Source of the DNA: Octopus bimaculoides
Lineage: Eukaryota
Direction: 5' to 3'
Assembly (NCBI RefSeq): GCF_001194135.2
Contig: NC_068986.1
Location: 90,743,444-90,807,443, forward strand
Length of the DNA stretch: 64,000 bases
Made by a program: the position numbers and the translations under genes. Positions 62,945-64,000 of this stretch are shown in pieces. Numbering within the stretch: position 1 is the first letter of the stretch; every line of letters begins with the position of its first letter. Under the pieces are notes generated by a model that saw nothing but the letters and a program-made list of their open reading frames with translations, did not search any database and had not been told where the DNA came from.

Positions 62945-63230
62945 TTGAAGGATTTGAAAATAAGATTTCAAGGATTCATGAAATCGGTTGAAAGCAATAC
63001 TAAAATGACCAAAGCAAAAGTCAATCTTAATGTTAAGATGCAATTTATCACTGACAGTGAGATAACTGATATCTCAAAAGTGGATTGGTTTTATAAACCA
63101 AAATGCAATCACAAGTTAAAACAATTTGTTCCATCATACATTGATATTTTGGAGAAACTTGAAGCACTTGTTGTGAGCATTATTGTTACTGGTTTATTTG
63201 TTATAGGAGGATGAATATCAAAAATGTTCA
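62945..63230 (+). mobile_element. Possible decayed hAT transposase C-terminal fragment
   Basis: LKIRFQGF..DWFY..MNIK loosely resembles Charlie/SPIN-type C-termini; weak. Confidence 0.3.
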
Positions 63231-64000
63231 ACATTGATTTATGAGATGTACATTCCAGGGGGAGATTACCTAAACTGATGCAAGTAGAAAAAGGTACATT
63301 AGAAATACTTCCAGAAGATGGACATCATATCATGATAAGTAACTATAGCTGAAGCAAGTTGCTAGGCATGGCTGTGCAATTAAGAAGCTCTCTTTGCAAC
63401 CATGTGGTTTCAGGATCAGTCTTGGGCAAGTGTCTTCTATTATAACCCCTAGCTGACAAGTAGCTTGCGAGTGAATTTGGTAGAGGGAAACTGTGTAAGC
63501 ACCCATTGTAGGTCGCTGTTTAAGAACTGGTGTTGGTTTCTTTACATGTCCATAACTTAGTGGTTTGGCAAAAGGGACTGATAGAATTGAAAAAGACTTG
63601 AAAAATTGGGTACTTGAGTAGATTTGTTTGACTAAGCCAGTCAAGGTGGTGCCCTAGCATCACCATAGTCCAATGACTGAAACAAGTAAAAGAAGGTAGA
63701 AGAAATATAGAAAAGGAAACCTTGAAAACTGTATGGTGCACATAAAAAGCAAAGCATTTTCTCTTTGGTCAAATATTTCAATTGGCCTCACTCAGTACAG
63801 AAATGGTGATATGAAATAAGATGCAACTTCTGCTTTTATTAATTACAGCAGCAGAATAATACAGCAAATAGGAGAGTAATGGAGGGATGAGTAGGGATAG
63901 GAGTGGGGTTAGGGCAGCAAGAGTGTTGGGGAGAGTTGGAGAGGAACATAAGCAAGGGTGCAGATGGTCAATGCTAAATGAAGTGGGCAGTGACAATGCT

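Overview
AT-rich eukaryotic (animal) genomic DNA with five assembly gaps, microsatellites and dense tRNA-derived SINEs. The repeat families resemble those of Octopus, so the taxon is my inference, not a database result. The ORF track is mostly noise. Reading splice signals gives a six-exon minus-strand gene (56289 to 41953, 303 aa predicted): short signal peptide, an 8-nt microexon, one EMI-like Cys-rich domain, a transmembrane helix and a Pro/Glu-rich tail. One or two plus-strand exons of an unidentified Cys-rich protein lie at 855-986 and 3740-3808. The rest is transposon material: a decayed R2-type retrotransposon (Myb, RT with YADD, CCHC, REL nuclease) with no rDNA flanks, Tx1/L1-like ORF1 and ORF2 pieces, a piggyBac deletion derivative, two Tc1/mariner fossils, a Merlin-like MITE containing TTAGGG repeats, a ~1 kb foldback, a probable solo LTR and LINE debris. 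No intact transposase, rRNA, tRNA gene or CRISPR array was seen. All identifications are by eye; no searches were run.
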